From: Leptospirales bacterium
GTDB taxonomy: Bacteria; Spirochaetota; Leptospiria; Turneriellales; JAOUFE01
Length of the DNA: 64,000 nucleotides
Assembly: GCA_040326155.1 (NCBI GenBank)
Contig: JBEQLE010000007.1
Location: 16,990 to 80,989, forward strand
Reading direction: 5' to 3'
The notes beneath the pieces were generated by a model. The model ran no database searches, was not told where the DNA came from, and saw nothing but the letters and a program-made list of their open reading frames with translations. Below are positions 18,996 to 30,221 of the stretch, piece by piece (positions within the stretch are counted from its first letter, which is position 1; every line of letters begins with the position of its first letter). Position numbers and translations under genes: made by a program.

Positions 18996-20212
18996 TTTCG
19001 GGAACCCGCTTCTCGCTTTTTCGCCATCTGGGCTTTTTTCTTATAGAATTGAACCACTTTCTCTAGTTCAACAAGGTTTACACAAAAGATTTTCCCTTCT
19101 TGTAATCTGAAATTCTTGTCTTCGAGTAAAGTCATCAAATAACCTTCCCCTTTCTCCGGTGTAAAACTCAACATTTTTGCAAGTTCCTGCCCAGAAATGT
19201 CGAATACATGACTGGATTTTGGAGCAATTGTTACTTTTTTCTGGTATACCAGAGTCAATAACATATCGTACATTCTTCCAATTGGATCTTCAATCAAGAG
19301 GTTCGCCAATTGCCGGTTCGAAGTCCAGATACGTTCTGATAAGATCGTAATTAGTTTAACGGCCAGCGCTGGCTGAGCCTGTACCATTGCTTCAAAGTTA
19401 GTCTTGTTAATCGCCAGTGTGCTAACTTTTCCATTTGCCACAGCTGAAGCCGAACGTGGTTTATTTTCAAGCAAAGCCATTTCACCGAAAATATCACCGG
19501 GTTTTAAAACCGCAAGTAAAACCTCGTTTTGGTCTACAATTTTTGTAATTTTGACCCGTCCCTGTTGAATAATATAAAGTTCCGTACCAGGTTCATGCTC
19601 AATAAAGATCATTTCCCTGTCTTGAAAACTCCGATTCAGTCCCTGTCTATTTTCTTTAGGCGCTTCAAACGGAAAGTTCATCTCTTGCAGACGCGATTTA
19701 CACTGGGTCGCAAGCGGCCCATTGGGAATATGCTGTAAATACCGTTGAAATGCATAGGCTGCATGGTTCGTTTCACCATTCGAATGGTAATAATCGCCTA
19801 CTTTGTGCATAAACTCTGGATTTTCTTCAGAGGTACTATGAAAAGATAGTTTTGTTATAGCTTTATCAATTGCGCGAAGTTTCCATGAGAAATACCGAAT
19901 AATCTTCATGGCTATGGGAGCGCTTTTTTGAATCATTGCTGGAAATTGGTCTCGCTGAACCGAGATTAAAGCTACAGGAGACAATGTTTGCACTGTTTCA
20001 ATGTGAGGGTGAGCACTCATCGCCGACACCACTCCAAAAAAGTCTCCAGGCCCCAGCATTGTATTGGGGTCTTCGCCTGGAATCGGCGTATCTACTGTAA
20101 GCCTGACGCTGCCTTGTCTTAGGATATAAAAAGCGTCTGCTTCTTTTTTACCTTCAACGATTACAAACGCATTTGGCTGAAAATTTGCTATTTTAAATGG
20201 TGAACCCGACAT
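18992..20212 (-). CDS. Tandem cyclic-nucleotide-binding protein (Crp/Fnr-like)
   Basis: Two cNMP domains (GPGDFFGV..PH; GDIFGEMALLENKPRSAS), a TPR-like linker and a C-terminal HTH-like region. Confidence 0.85.
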   Translation of the reverse strand: MSGSPFKIANFQPNAFVIVEGKKEADAFYILRQGSVRLTVDTPIPGEDPNTMLGPGDFFGVVSAMSAHPHIETVQTLSPVALISVQRDQFPAMIQKSAPIAMKIIRYFSWKLRAIDKAITKLSFHSTSEENPEFMHKVGDYYHSNGETNHAAYAFQRYLQHIPNGPLATQCKSRLQEMNFPFEAPKENRQGLNRSFQDREMIFIEHEPGTELYIIQQGRVKITKIVDQNEVLLAVLKPGDIFGEMALLENKPRSASAVANGKVSTLAINKTNFEAMVQAQPALAVKLITILSERIWTSNRQLANLLIEDPIGRMYDMLLTLVYQKKVTIAPKSSHVFDISGQELAKMLSFTPEKGEGYLMTLLEDKNFRLQEGKIFCVNLVELEKVVQFYKKKAQMAKKREAGSRN

Positions 20213-20393
20213 ACTTTTATATCACTTTTAAGTAAATTTCCTCATCCCTTTCAGCTATTGGTGTTATATGTTTTGACTTTACCAATGCTGCTTTATCATT
20301 AGCTTCGGTATGTTTACCCAAATTGTCAACAAATATATTGACAAATACAGTATATTCTGTTTGACGAGGGGTAAAAACTGCAATTCTTGAGCT

Positions 20394-20828
20394 ATGAAAA
20401 AAGGATTCTCGTCATATGAACTAACAAACTTCCTTACTGACTTTCTAAAGTCAAAGGATGTTGATGTAGAGAAGAAAGTAAACAATGTTCTTGTATTAGA
20501 CTCCATTCGTAATTCCTGGAAAACTGTCGCTCCACCCGCTCTTTTTGAACATACGGTTATTGCAAAATTCACAAATAAAACGGTCTATTTGCAGGCTGAC
20601 CATGGTATTTATGCCCAGGAAATTCAACTCTTAAGCAGCCAATTGTGTAAGGCTTTATCGAAAGAGACCGCATTAGAAATTCGCGATATGAAAATAAGAG
20701 TCGGCCCGTTATATCATAAAAGTGGTAAAAGAACAGACATTATGTCTCAGAGTCAAAATATGTCCACAATTGAGGAGCATCCGAACAAATCAGTGCTCGA
20801 TAAACTCATTAGAAAAACAAAAAAATAA
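20394..20828 (+). CDS. DUF721/DciA-family protein
   Basis: W..VAP..L..HT and YAQEI pattern; immediately upstream of gyrB. Confidence 0.75.
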   Translation: MKKGFSSYELTNFLTDFLKSKDVDVEKKVNNVLVLDSIRNSWKTVAPPALFEHTVIAKFTNKTVYLQADHGIYAQEIQLLSSQLCKALSKETALEIRDMKIRVGPLYHKSGKRTDIMSQSQNMSTIEEHPNKSVLDKLIRKTKK

Positions 20829-20848
20829 GATCAATCGCGGAGTTTTGA

Positions 20849-22792
<1,944 letters not shown>

Positions 22793-22841
22793 CCTTAAAC
22801 GATCTATTTCCATTGATTCAGATTCCACCTCTATAAAAAAC

Positions 22842-22877
22842 AGTTGACTTATGCAACGGTTGCTGCATAAGTCAACT
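22842..22877. promoter_or_regulatory. Putative TetR operator 1 overlapping the -35 (TTGACT)
   Basis: Perfect 14-bp inverted repeat agttgacttatgca-N8-tgcataagtcaact. Confidence 0.8.
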
Positions 22878-22889
22878 AGGAAAAGAAAT

Positions 22890-23450
22890 ATGGCGCGGCC
22901 CATTGAGTTCAATAAAGAAGCAGTGTTAATGAATGCTATGAAGGTTTTCTGGCTGAAAGGCTATGAATCGACTTCCATGGCAGATTTAATAGAAGCGACC
23001 GGGCTGACAAGTAGAAGCATGTACAATGTTTTTGGCTCTAAAAACGGTTTTTTTAAGGCGACGTTGGATAAATATTACGAAGGCTTAATCGGTCCGCTGG
23101 CAAAATTAGAACATGGCGAAGGTGCAAAAGCCATAAGAACTTATGTGGAGACAATCAGCGCAATGGAACCATTGAACGGGTGTTTATATGTCAACACCTT
23201 ATCTGAGAAAAACAGTGTTGAAGATGATTGTGTCAGAAAAGTTATGAGACATTTTGAAAGACTTGAATCAGCTTTTCGATCGAAATTAGAGTATGCAAAA
23301 GAACACGAGAACTTTACCGCCGAACCAAAACTTAGAGCGAAGCAACTCGTGTCCATGCTGCAAGGGCTCGCGGTCTATTCGAAGATAAACTTTTCTGTAG
23401 AAGAGCAGAAAGAGATGGCGCAAGATTCATTGAGGATGATTGGAATTTGA
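22890..23450 (+). CDS. TetR/AcrR-family regulator
   Basis: MARPIEF..AMKVFWLKGYESTSMADL..MYNVFGSK HTH; start trimmed to MARP. Confidence 0.93.
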   Translation: MARPIEFNKEAVLMNAMKVFWLKGYESTSMADLIEATGLTSRSMYNVFGSKNGFFKATLDKYYEGLIGPLAKLEHGEGAKAIRTYVETISAMEPLNGCLYVNTLSEKNSVEDDCVRKVMRHFERLESAFRSKLEYAKEHENFTAEPKLRAKQLVSMLQGLAVYSKINFSVEEQKEMAQDSLRMIGI

Positions 23451-23472
23451 ATATGCCCGTTTTTTTGGGGCA

Positions 23473-23496
23473 GTTATGCAACGAACGATGCATAAC
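23473..23496. promoter_or_regulatory. Putative TetR operator 2 upstream of the SDR gene
   Basis: gttatgca-N8-tgcataac, same core and spacing as operator 1. Confidence 0.8.
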
Positions 23497-23562
23497 AATT
23501 GAATAAAATGAAACTGTCGCAGTTAGACAGGAACTGAGTATAAAAATTTAAAGGAGATAATT

Positions 23563-24486
23563 ATGATAAAAAGTGTACTGATAACAGGCGCGAACGCAGG
23601 GTTGGGTAAAGAGTGTGCAAGACAGATGGCGCTCTTGCCGACAACGCAACGCGTATACCTTGCGTGTAGAAATGAGACAAAGGCAAAAGAGGCTAAAGCA
23701 TCGCTCGAAGAATCTACCGGAAGATCAATCTTCGAAATTATTATTCTGGATACTTCAGACCTGAGTTCAGTCAAGTCAGCGGTTCAATCGCTGAAAGAAC
23801 CTGTAGACGGGCTGGTCTTGAACGCCGGTGGAATGGGTGGAAAAGAGTTCGCTAACCTGAGCAAAGAAGGAGTAATACACCAGGTAGCGGTGAATGTTCT
23901 CGGAAACGTGTTTCTACTGGAAGAAATACTAAAGACAAAAAAGCTTACAAAAGTAGCCATGTATGCCGGTTCGGAAGCTGCGAGAGGCGTATCGAAAATG
24001 GGTATGAAACAACCAGATCTAAAAACATCCTCCGTAGAAGAGTTCATTTCTGTATGCAATGGTACTTTCTTTGGAGACAAAATTGACGGTATGGCTACCT
24101 ATGGATATACAAAATATCTGGGCGCTTTGTATATGTCCTCGTTAGCACGCAAACACCCGAACATTCGCCTGGTCACGATGAGCCCCGGTGGAACCTCCGG
24201 TACGAATGTGATGCAAGATGCGCCGACCGCCATGAAAATAATGCTAAAAGTGATGATGGCTTTGCGACTGACTACACTGCTTGGCTTATTCCACAAGCTT
24301 GAACTCGGGGCGAAAAGATATGTAAATGCATTGAATGACGACTCGTTTAAAAGCGGCATCTTTTATGGCAGCAAAAAACCCGTTCTGGTTGGTCCAGTAA
24401 TTGACCAGGCAACGATTTTTGAAGATTTAAACAACGCTGAATTCCAGGACAATGCGTACAAAGCGGTTCAAAGTTTTCTACCCTGA
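23563..24486 (+). CDS. Short-chain dehydrogenase/reductase
   Basis: TGANAGLG, LNAG, YGYTK (YxxxK); RBS AAGGAG. Confidence 0.9.
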   Translation: MIKSVLITGANAGLGKECARQMALLPTTQRVYLACRNETKAKEAKASLEESTGRSIFEIIILDTSDLSSVKSAVQSLKEPVDGLVLNAGGMGGKEFANLSKEGVIHQVAVNVLGNVFLLEEILKTKKLTKVAMYAGSEAARGVSKMGMKQPDLKTSSVEEFISVCNGTFFGDKIDGMATYGYTKYLGALYMSSLARKHPNIRLVTMSPGGTSGTNVMQDAPTAMKIMLKVMMALRLTTLLGLFHKLELGAKRYVNALNDDSFKSGIFYGSKKPVLVGPVIDQATIFEDLNNAEFQDNAYKAVQSFLP

Positions 24487-24528
24487 TTTTTTTATCTGTC
24501 TTTTAAGGTAAAAACGTAACCATATTTG

Positions 24529-24562
24529 CCACAGCCATTTTTATCTTATAAAATGGCTGTGG
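24529..24562. terminator. Hairpin after the SDR gene
   Basis: ccacagccatttt-N8-aaaatggctgtgg. Confidence 0.65.
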
Positions 24563-24683
24563 TGATTACGCCTAATCATAAAGAATTAGAGTAAACTTGC
24601 AAAATTGGGCCCTTATTCAACTCTTGCAGGTATTAAAATAATTGCCTTATTCGTGAATTATTATTGCCGCCTGAGCGCTTATT

Positions 24684-24702
24684 ACCTACTTTGCAGGTAG
24701 GT
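24684..24702. promoter_or_regulatory. Putative Rrf2 autoregulatory palindrome
   Basis: acctac-N7-gtaggt directly before the Rrf2 ATG. Confidence 0.5.
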
Positions 24703-24707
24703 TTTAT

Positions 24708-25109
24708 ATGAAACTAACTACAAAAAGCGAATACACTCTTCTTTTACTTTTAGAGCTTGCACGCAAAAAAAATGAAGTGTATGTAGACTTGCAGACACTT
24801 TGCAAAGAAACGGAAGTACCGCATAAGTATGCGGAACATCTTTTTTCGGTTCTAAAAAAACAACATATCGTAAAAGGTAAAAGAGGCAGCAAAGGCGGAT
24901 ATTTACTGGCAAGACCTGCCGAAAAAATATCTTTAGCGGAAATTATTCGACTGATGGACGGAGCGCTTGCGGCTACGGATACGGTAAGCGATCATTTTTA
25001 CTCTTTAACACCCATCGCTAAAGAAAAAAAAGTTCTAAAAGTCTTTCGAGAAATTCGCGATTATGTTTCGAACAAACTCGAAAATATTACCATCGCCGAT
25101 CTGGCATAA
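24708..25109 (+). CDS. Rrf2-family regulator lacking Fe-S cysteines (CymR-like)
   Basis: MKLTTKSEY, RGSKGGYLLARP, ISLAEIIR; no Cys triad. Confidence 0.9.
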   Translation: MKLTTKSEYTLLLLLELARKKNEVYVDLQTLCKETEVPHKYAEHLFSVLKKQHIVKGKRGSKGGYLLARPAEKISLAEIIRLMDGALAATDTVSDHFYSLTPIAKEKKVLKVFREIRDYVSNKLENITIADLA

Positions 25110-25137
25110 TAGACATTATAAATAATCAGGAATATAA

Positions 25138-25893
25138 ATGGAAATACTAATTGGTTTTTTTATAGCTCTGGCTATTACAATGACAGGCTCTGGGGCCGGC
25201 ACAATTACAGCTCCTGTAATGATGATCTTTCTTGGGATTTCTCCTGAAATAGCCGTGGGTACAACTCTGCTTTTTTCTCTTCTGGTAAAAATACCAGTTG
25301 GTATATCATACACAATGAAAGGTCAGGTTGATAAGAAAATTTTATCGCATATGGCTACAGGAGGAATAGCGGGAGTAATTATTGGTTCATACCTGCTTAA
25401 GTCATTAACGAGTAACGAAGAGTTGAAGTCAGTTGTTCTCGGTGTTGTAGGTGTAATTGTCTTATTTTCGGCATCTCTGAACGTAATTTTTATGCTCAAA
25501 AATGGAAACGCGGTAAAGCTTGACGAAAGGCTGCAAAAACTTATTCCATTATTTACTTTTTTTATCGGCCTTGAAGTTGGCTTTTCTTCCGCAGGCGCCG
25601 GGGTTCTAGGAACTCTTTTATTGATGTATACTACATCGCTTGTGCCGCGTCAAATTATTGGCACAGACATAATGTTTGGCCTTATACTCTCGGCTGTAGG
25701 CGGCGGCTTGTACCTTGCTATGGGGAATGTAGATTTCTACCTATTGGGAAAACTCCTGGCCGGAGCCGTAATTGGTATTCCACTTGGACTTTACGGGGCA
25801 TTAAAAATACCGGCAAAGCCCTTAAAAATCGGCTTGCTCGTTTGGATTTTCTTTATTGGAACCCAGCTTATTTACCACTCCCTTCGAACCTAG
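25138..25893 (+). CDS. TauE/SafE (TSUP) sulfite/organosulfur exporter-family protein
   Basis: TGSGAG..P, AVGT, GFSSAGAG, IIGTD; multiple TM helices. Confidence 0.88.
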   Translation: MEILIGFFIALAITMTGSGAGTITAPVMMIFLGISPEIAVGTTLLFSLLVKIPVGISYTMKGQVDKKILSHMATGGIAGVIIGSYLLKSLTSNEELKSVVLGVVGVIVLFSASLNVIFMLKNGNAVKLDERLQKLIPLFTFFIGLEVGFSSAGAGVLGTLLLMYTTSLVPRQIIGTDIMFGLILSAVGGGLYLAMGNVDFYLLGKLLAGAVIGIPLGLYGALKIPAKPLKIGLLVWIFFIGTQLIYHSLRT

Positions 25894-26987
25894 AAAAATT
25901 CTGTCTCGTTTACATCAGATGAGTTATTTACAGTTACAGAATAAATGTCAACAACATTGGCTTTACCTTTTACGGACTTAATTTCAATTTCATGAAAGAT
26001 AAAACCAGGGCCGGCCAGGTCCATCGTATTTTTATCAACCAAAATAGATGCATCCACTTCTTTTGTCATAGATTCCAGTCGGCTCGCAATATTTACTGTA
26101 TCGCCAATTACTGTATACTCTTTTCTTCGATAAGAACCAATATTACCCGCAAAAACTTTCCCGCTGGCTACGCCAACTCCAATTTCAATGTCCGAATCCA
26201 GGTAATCCGGCAACGCTTTATTGAATAGCGAAATCATCTTTTGTATTGCTATAGCACATTTTATACTATTTTCTGCATCTTTTGTAGAGGGGGTAGGAGC
26301 TCCGAATGTAGCCAAAATTGCATCCCCGATAATTTTATTTACCGACCCATGATTCGCAAAAATAATATCCATAATATCCGTAAACAGGCGATTTAACAGA
26401 TTTGCCACAAGGTTCGGTTCCAGGTTTTCACTGATGGTGGTAAAACGTCTAATGTCCAAAAAAAGAACTGAAACGGGTAGAATTTCTCCGGTAAGCTGGT
26501 TTTGCATCCCTTTTTCAATGAGAGCGTCGGCCACATCTTCCGAAAAATATTGCAATAAAGTATTTCTATCTTTGAGTAATTTTTCATTCTCTTTTTTCAA
26601 AAGTTCTTTATGTCGTTTCAAATCTAAATGTGTTTTTACCCGAATTAAAAGCTCCGCCGAATGCGCCGGCTTGACTAAATAATCCACAGCGCCAAGTTCA
26701 AACCCTTTTACAATATCACTGGTTTGATCCTTCGCTGTTAGAAAAATAACTGGAATATCTTTGGTTGCCGTATCTGCCTTTAACCTTTTGCATGTCTCAA
26801 AACCGTCCATTTCTGGCATCATAATATCCAGTAAGATCAAATCTGGTTTTGATTTGTTTATTAAATTTAGAGCCTGTACGCCGTTATGTGCGATACTAAT
26901 ATTGAATTTTTCCTTTTCCAGGGCCTTCGCCAAAACCTGTATATTTTTTTTATTATCTTCTACTATTAAAATAGACGCATCATTCAT
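25890..26987 (-). CDS. Response regulator-adenylate cyclase (REC + class III cyclase)
   Basis: REC (DLILLDIMMP); LFLDIRRFT, NKIIGDA, YTVIGDTVNIASRLE intact. Confidence 0.92.
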   Translation of the reverse strand: MNDASILIVEDNKKNIQVLAKALEKEKFNISIAHNGVQALNLINKSKPDLILLDIMMPEMDGFETCKRLKADTATKDIPVIFLTAKDQTSDIVKGFELGAVDYLVKPAHSAELLIRVKTHLDLKRHKELLKKENEKLLKDRNTLLQYFSEDVADALIEKGMQNQLTGEILPVSVLFLDIRRFTTISENLEPNLVANLLNRLFTDIMDIIFANHGSVNKIIGDAILATFGAPTPSTKDAENSIKCAIAIQKMISLFNKALPDYLDSDIEIGVGVASGKVFAGNIGSYRRKEYTVIGDTVNIASRLESMTKEVDASILVDKNTMDLAGPGFIFHEIEIKSVKGKANVVDIYSVTVNNSSDVNETEFF

Positions 26988-26999
26988 ATAAATTCCTTA

Positions 27000-28118
27000 T
27001 TATTTAGCTTTCTGCAAATATATTTTTATTTCTGTACCGTGATCTTCATTAGATTCATCTGTTTCATTGATTTCTGTCGAACTCACATCAAGGCTGCCCC
27101 CGTATAAGTTTATAAATTGTTTCACCAGAGGCATTCCAAAGCCCGTACCTCTTTCTTTTTCAGTACCAGGTCTGGAAGTTTTTTTGGTGACATCAAATAT
27201 ATCAACTAGAAATTCACTCGGCATTCCAATGCCATAGTCTTTAATGCTTATACATATTTGGCCAGAAGAGTTTTCAGGCTCATCAATCAATTCTTTTATT
27301 TCAATTTTCGAATCAGGAAAACTAAATTTTACAGCGTTCGTGAGCAAGTTATTGACCACTGTGTTTATAAAAGAAGTTCGCTCAACTGAAACTGTCGTGT
27401 TTTCTGAAACATTCATCTCTACCTTTATATTTTTCTTCTCTAATTTGAACTTAACAAGACCCAATGATACATGAAGCATATCCAATAACCCTTCGGAACT
27501 CATGGCGGGCTTGTATTTTTCTTCGTTAATGGCCATCATTTTTCTGGTAAGTTCGATGACTTCTAATCCATTATCTACTGCTTTTTCTATTAATGGTTTC
27601 ATTGAATTTATTGTACCAGGGTCATCATTATCCAAATCCAGGATCATTTTCACCTGTCCGACCGGATTTAATAAATCATGGCATAAAATATGTAATAAAC
27701 TTTTGCGGTCTTCGCTTATTTTACGAATGGCATCGCGGTTATTTTTTATCTCAATATGCGTTTTAATTCGAGCTAACAATTCAACTTCTTGAAACGGCTT
27801 TGTAATATAATCTTGAGCCCCAAGTTCAAAACCTTTGACAATATCTTCTGACTCGGTTTTAGCGGTTAAGAATATAATAGGCGTATCTACGGTATCCGGT
27901 CTTTTTCTAATAATCGAACAAGCTTCATAGCCATCCATTACCGGCATCATAATATCAAGAAGTATTAAAATGGGAGATAGTTTATCGAGAAGTTTAATTG
28001 CTTCTTTTCCATTTTTGGCGATTGCTATACTATATTCTTTTTTTTCAAGAATTGTTGCCAGAACCTGAATGTTTTTTGCATTATCATCGACAATTAATAT
28101 ACAAACATCTTTTTTCAT
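27000..28118 (-). CDS. REC-histidine kinase
   Basis: REC plus H-box LCHDLLNP, N-box NLLTNAVKFS, DYGIG, GTGFG. Confidence 0.92.
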   Translation of the reverse strand: MKKDVCILIVDDNAKNIQVLATILEKKEYSIAIAKNGKEAIKLLDKLSPILILLDIMMPVMDGYEACSIIRKRPDTVDTPIIFLTAKTESEDIVKGFELGAQDYITKPFQEVELLARIKTHIEIKNNRDAIRKISEDRKSLLHILCHDLLNPVGQVKMILDLDNDDPGTINSMKPLIEKAVDNGLEVIELTRKMMAINEEKYKPAMSSEGLLDMLHVSLGLVKFKLEKKNIKVEMNVSENTTVSVERTSFINTVVNNLLTNAVKFSFPDSKIEIKELIDEPENSSGQICISIKDYGIGMPSEFLVDIFDVTKKTSRPGTEKERGTGFGMPLVKQFINLYGGSLDVSSTEINETDESNEDHGTEIKIYLQKAK

Positions 28119-28120
28119 AA

Positions 28121-29167
28121 TTACTTTTCCCTGAATTCCTTCATTATTTTTTCAATGTCTTTTCTGTTTTCTAGAAACTTCTCAGCTAAATATGGATCAA
28201 AATGTTTACCGGCTTCATTGTGAATAAAGTCTAGAGCTTTATCAAAAGGCCACGGTTCCTTGTACGGTCTTTTTGAACATAAAGCGTCAAACACATCTGC
28301 AATAGCTACAATTCGTCCTTCGAATGGAATATCTTCACCTTTCAATTGTCCGGGGTAACCGGTTCCATCCCATTTTTCATGATGTGTTAAAGCTATTTTT
28401 TCTGCCATCACGATTAATTCAGAATCAATTCCGGAGAGTAGTCTGGCACCGATGGTAGTATGTGATTTCATCACTTCAAATTCTTCGGGTTCATATTTTC
28501 CCGGCTTTAATAATATATGGTCGGGAATTCCAATTTTCCCGACATCATGCATCATACTTGCCGGAACAAGAATTTTTATTTCTTGTTCATTCATTTTTAG
28601 GCTATGCACAATAAGTTGAGTATATTTTGATATTCGCGTCAGGTGTAATCCGGTTTCATTATCTCTGATCTCCGCAGCCAGTCCCAGGCGGTTTATAATC
28701 TCAAAATGAGAATTTTCAAGTCTTTGCAATGTCATTTGCACTTCATTGGTTCTTTCTTGAACTTTCTGCTCCAGGTTGCTTCGATGATCTACTATTTCGA
28801 GATGAGTGGCAACTCGTCTTAATAACTCTGCGGCCTGAAATGGTTTTGTTACATAATCTACAGCGCCAAGATCAAATCCTTTCACAATATCTTCAATATC
28901 AGTTTTTGCGGTCAAAAATAAAACAGGTATATCTTTTGTCTTATCAGAAGATTTTAAAATTTGACAAGTCTCAAACCCATCCATTCCCGGCATCATCACA
29001 TCTAGTAATATAATATGAGGTTGTGTCTTATCCACCATTTTTAACGCCGCTTCGCCCGATGTGGCCACGGCAATATCATACCCTTTTTCACCTAAAATAG
29101 TACCCAACACTTGAATGTTTTTTGGGTTATCATCTACGATTAAAATTTTTTGTGAGCTATCTGTCAT
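28121..29167 (-). CDS. REC-HD-GYP cyclic-dinucleotide phosphodiesterase (RpfG-like)
   Basis: REC plus RDNETGLH, HDVGKIG, HHEKWDGTGYP, ADVFDAL. Confidence 0.93.
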   Translation of the reverse strand: MTDSSQKILIVDDNPKNIQVLGTILGEKGYDIAVATSGEAALKMVDKTQPHIILLDVMMPGMDGFETCQILKSSDKTKDIPVLFLTAKTDIEDIVKGFDLGAVDYVTKPFQAAELLRRVATHLEIVDHRSNLEQKVQERTNEVQMTLQRLENSHFEIINRLGLAAEIRDNETGLHLTRISKYTQLIVHSLKMNEQEIKILVPASMMHDVGKIGIPDHILLKPGKYEPEEFEVMKSHTTIGARLLSGIDSELIVMAEKIALTHHEKWDGTGYPGQLKGEDIPFEGRIVAIADVFDALCSKRPYKEPWPFDKALDFIHNEAGKHFDPYLAEKFLENRKDIEKIMKEFREK

Positions 29168-29731
29168 AATTTAACCAATCTCTGGGAAATATTAATTAAC
29201 CGGGCTGGTTTGCAAGTAGTTTTTGGGTTTCCCTTCATCGTTCGGGGGGAGTTAGTTGCCCGTATTTCCTGTGTACATAAACAAAAATTCCTGCAAAAAG
29301 TAAAGCTGATAAATAGAGCTTGCATTGTACGTGAGTTTCTTCTTCGAGAACAATAAAGGGTACACAACGTCAGATAATAGCCCAAAATAGTATGTCGATC
29401 ATATGACACTTCAGAATCAATGCAGGAACAATGAGAATTAAACCTAAAAATTATAAAGACAATCAATTTTCTTGTGACCTAACAAGAAGGGAATTAGGTC
29501 AGCGGTGGGTTACGAACGTGTGGCGAAAGAAGTTTTGAAAGTACATTGGTCACTCCAGAGCGATGTTGTTTAGAAAATGAGGATGAACCATCGAAACATG
29601 CCTACAGGGAATTGTTTTAAATCACATCAAACTATTTTAGTAAAGGGGTAGGATCTTTAGTGGCATCTTGAAAGTCTCATTACTAATCTATCTCAATCCG
29701 ACTTTAATTTGTTTTCGTATGTAACTTCATT

Positions 29732-30075
29732 CTATTCTTTACTCATATCAATGACTATTCTGCCTTTGACTTTTGATAGTAATGAAAAAAACAGCTCCGT
29801 TCGATTTTACCGCGTCAATATTTCTCGTGCTACACAAACTTGTCACAATTGCACCTTTCGCTTTTAACATTTGAATATAAAAGCATTCCATAGGCAACAC
29901 AACCGGCAATGATCATGGCGACGACTTCTTGATGAGATAATTCCGTTGGCTTTAATCGGATGTGTTTCTTGTCTAAACATCGATACGTTGCCCATGACCC
30001 ATGTTCACCTTTAGCAATAATAACCCCTGAAAAATTGGAACCCATAACAGAGGGCTTTTCTTTTGAAACCTGCTT
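29732..30075 (-). pseudogene. MDR/quinone-oxidoreductase-like dehydrogenase remnant, copy 1 (multiple internal deletions)
   Basis: Collinear with 32294-32945 but lacks 60-bp, 68-bp and ~170-bp segments. Confidence 0.85.
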
Positions 30076-30221
30076 GTTCGCTCTAATGTAATATAAAAAA
30101 AGGCCTCCGAGGTCTGGGGTTGACGTCTGAAGTTGTGTGCCAGTAAAATATGCAGCTAAATTATTATTCTATATATTTTTTTTGATTGCCAGCCGACAAG
30201 AGCATATTTTTTTGAATTAAC

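Noticed and set aside
29164..29466. 100-aa ORF upstream of the HD-GYP gene
   Set aside because: No ATG start or family motifs; another frame looks like a stop-interrupted remnant
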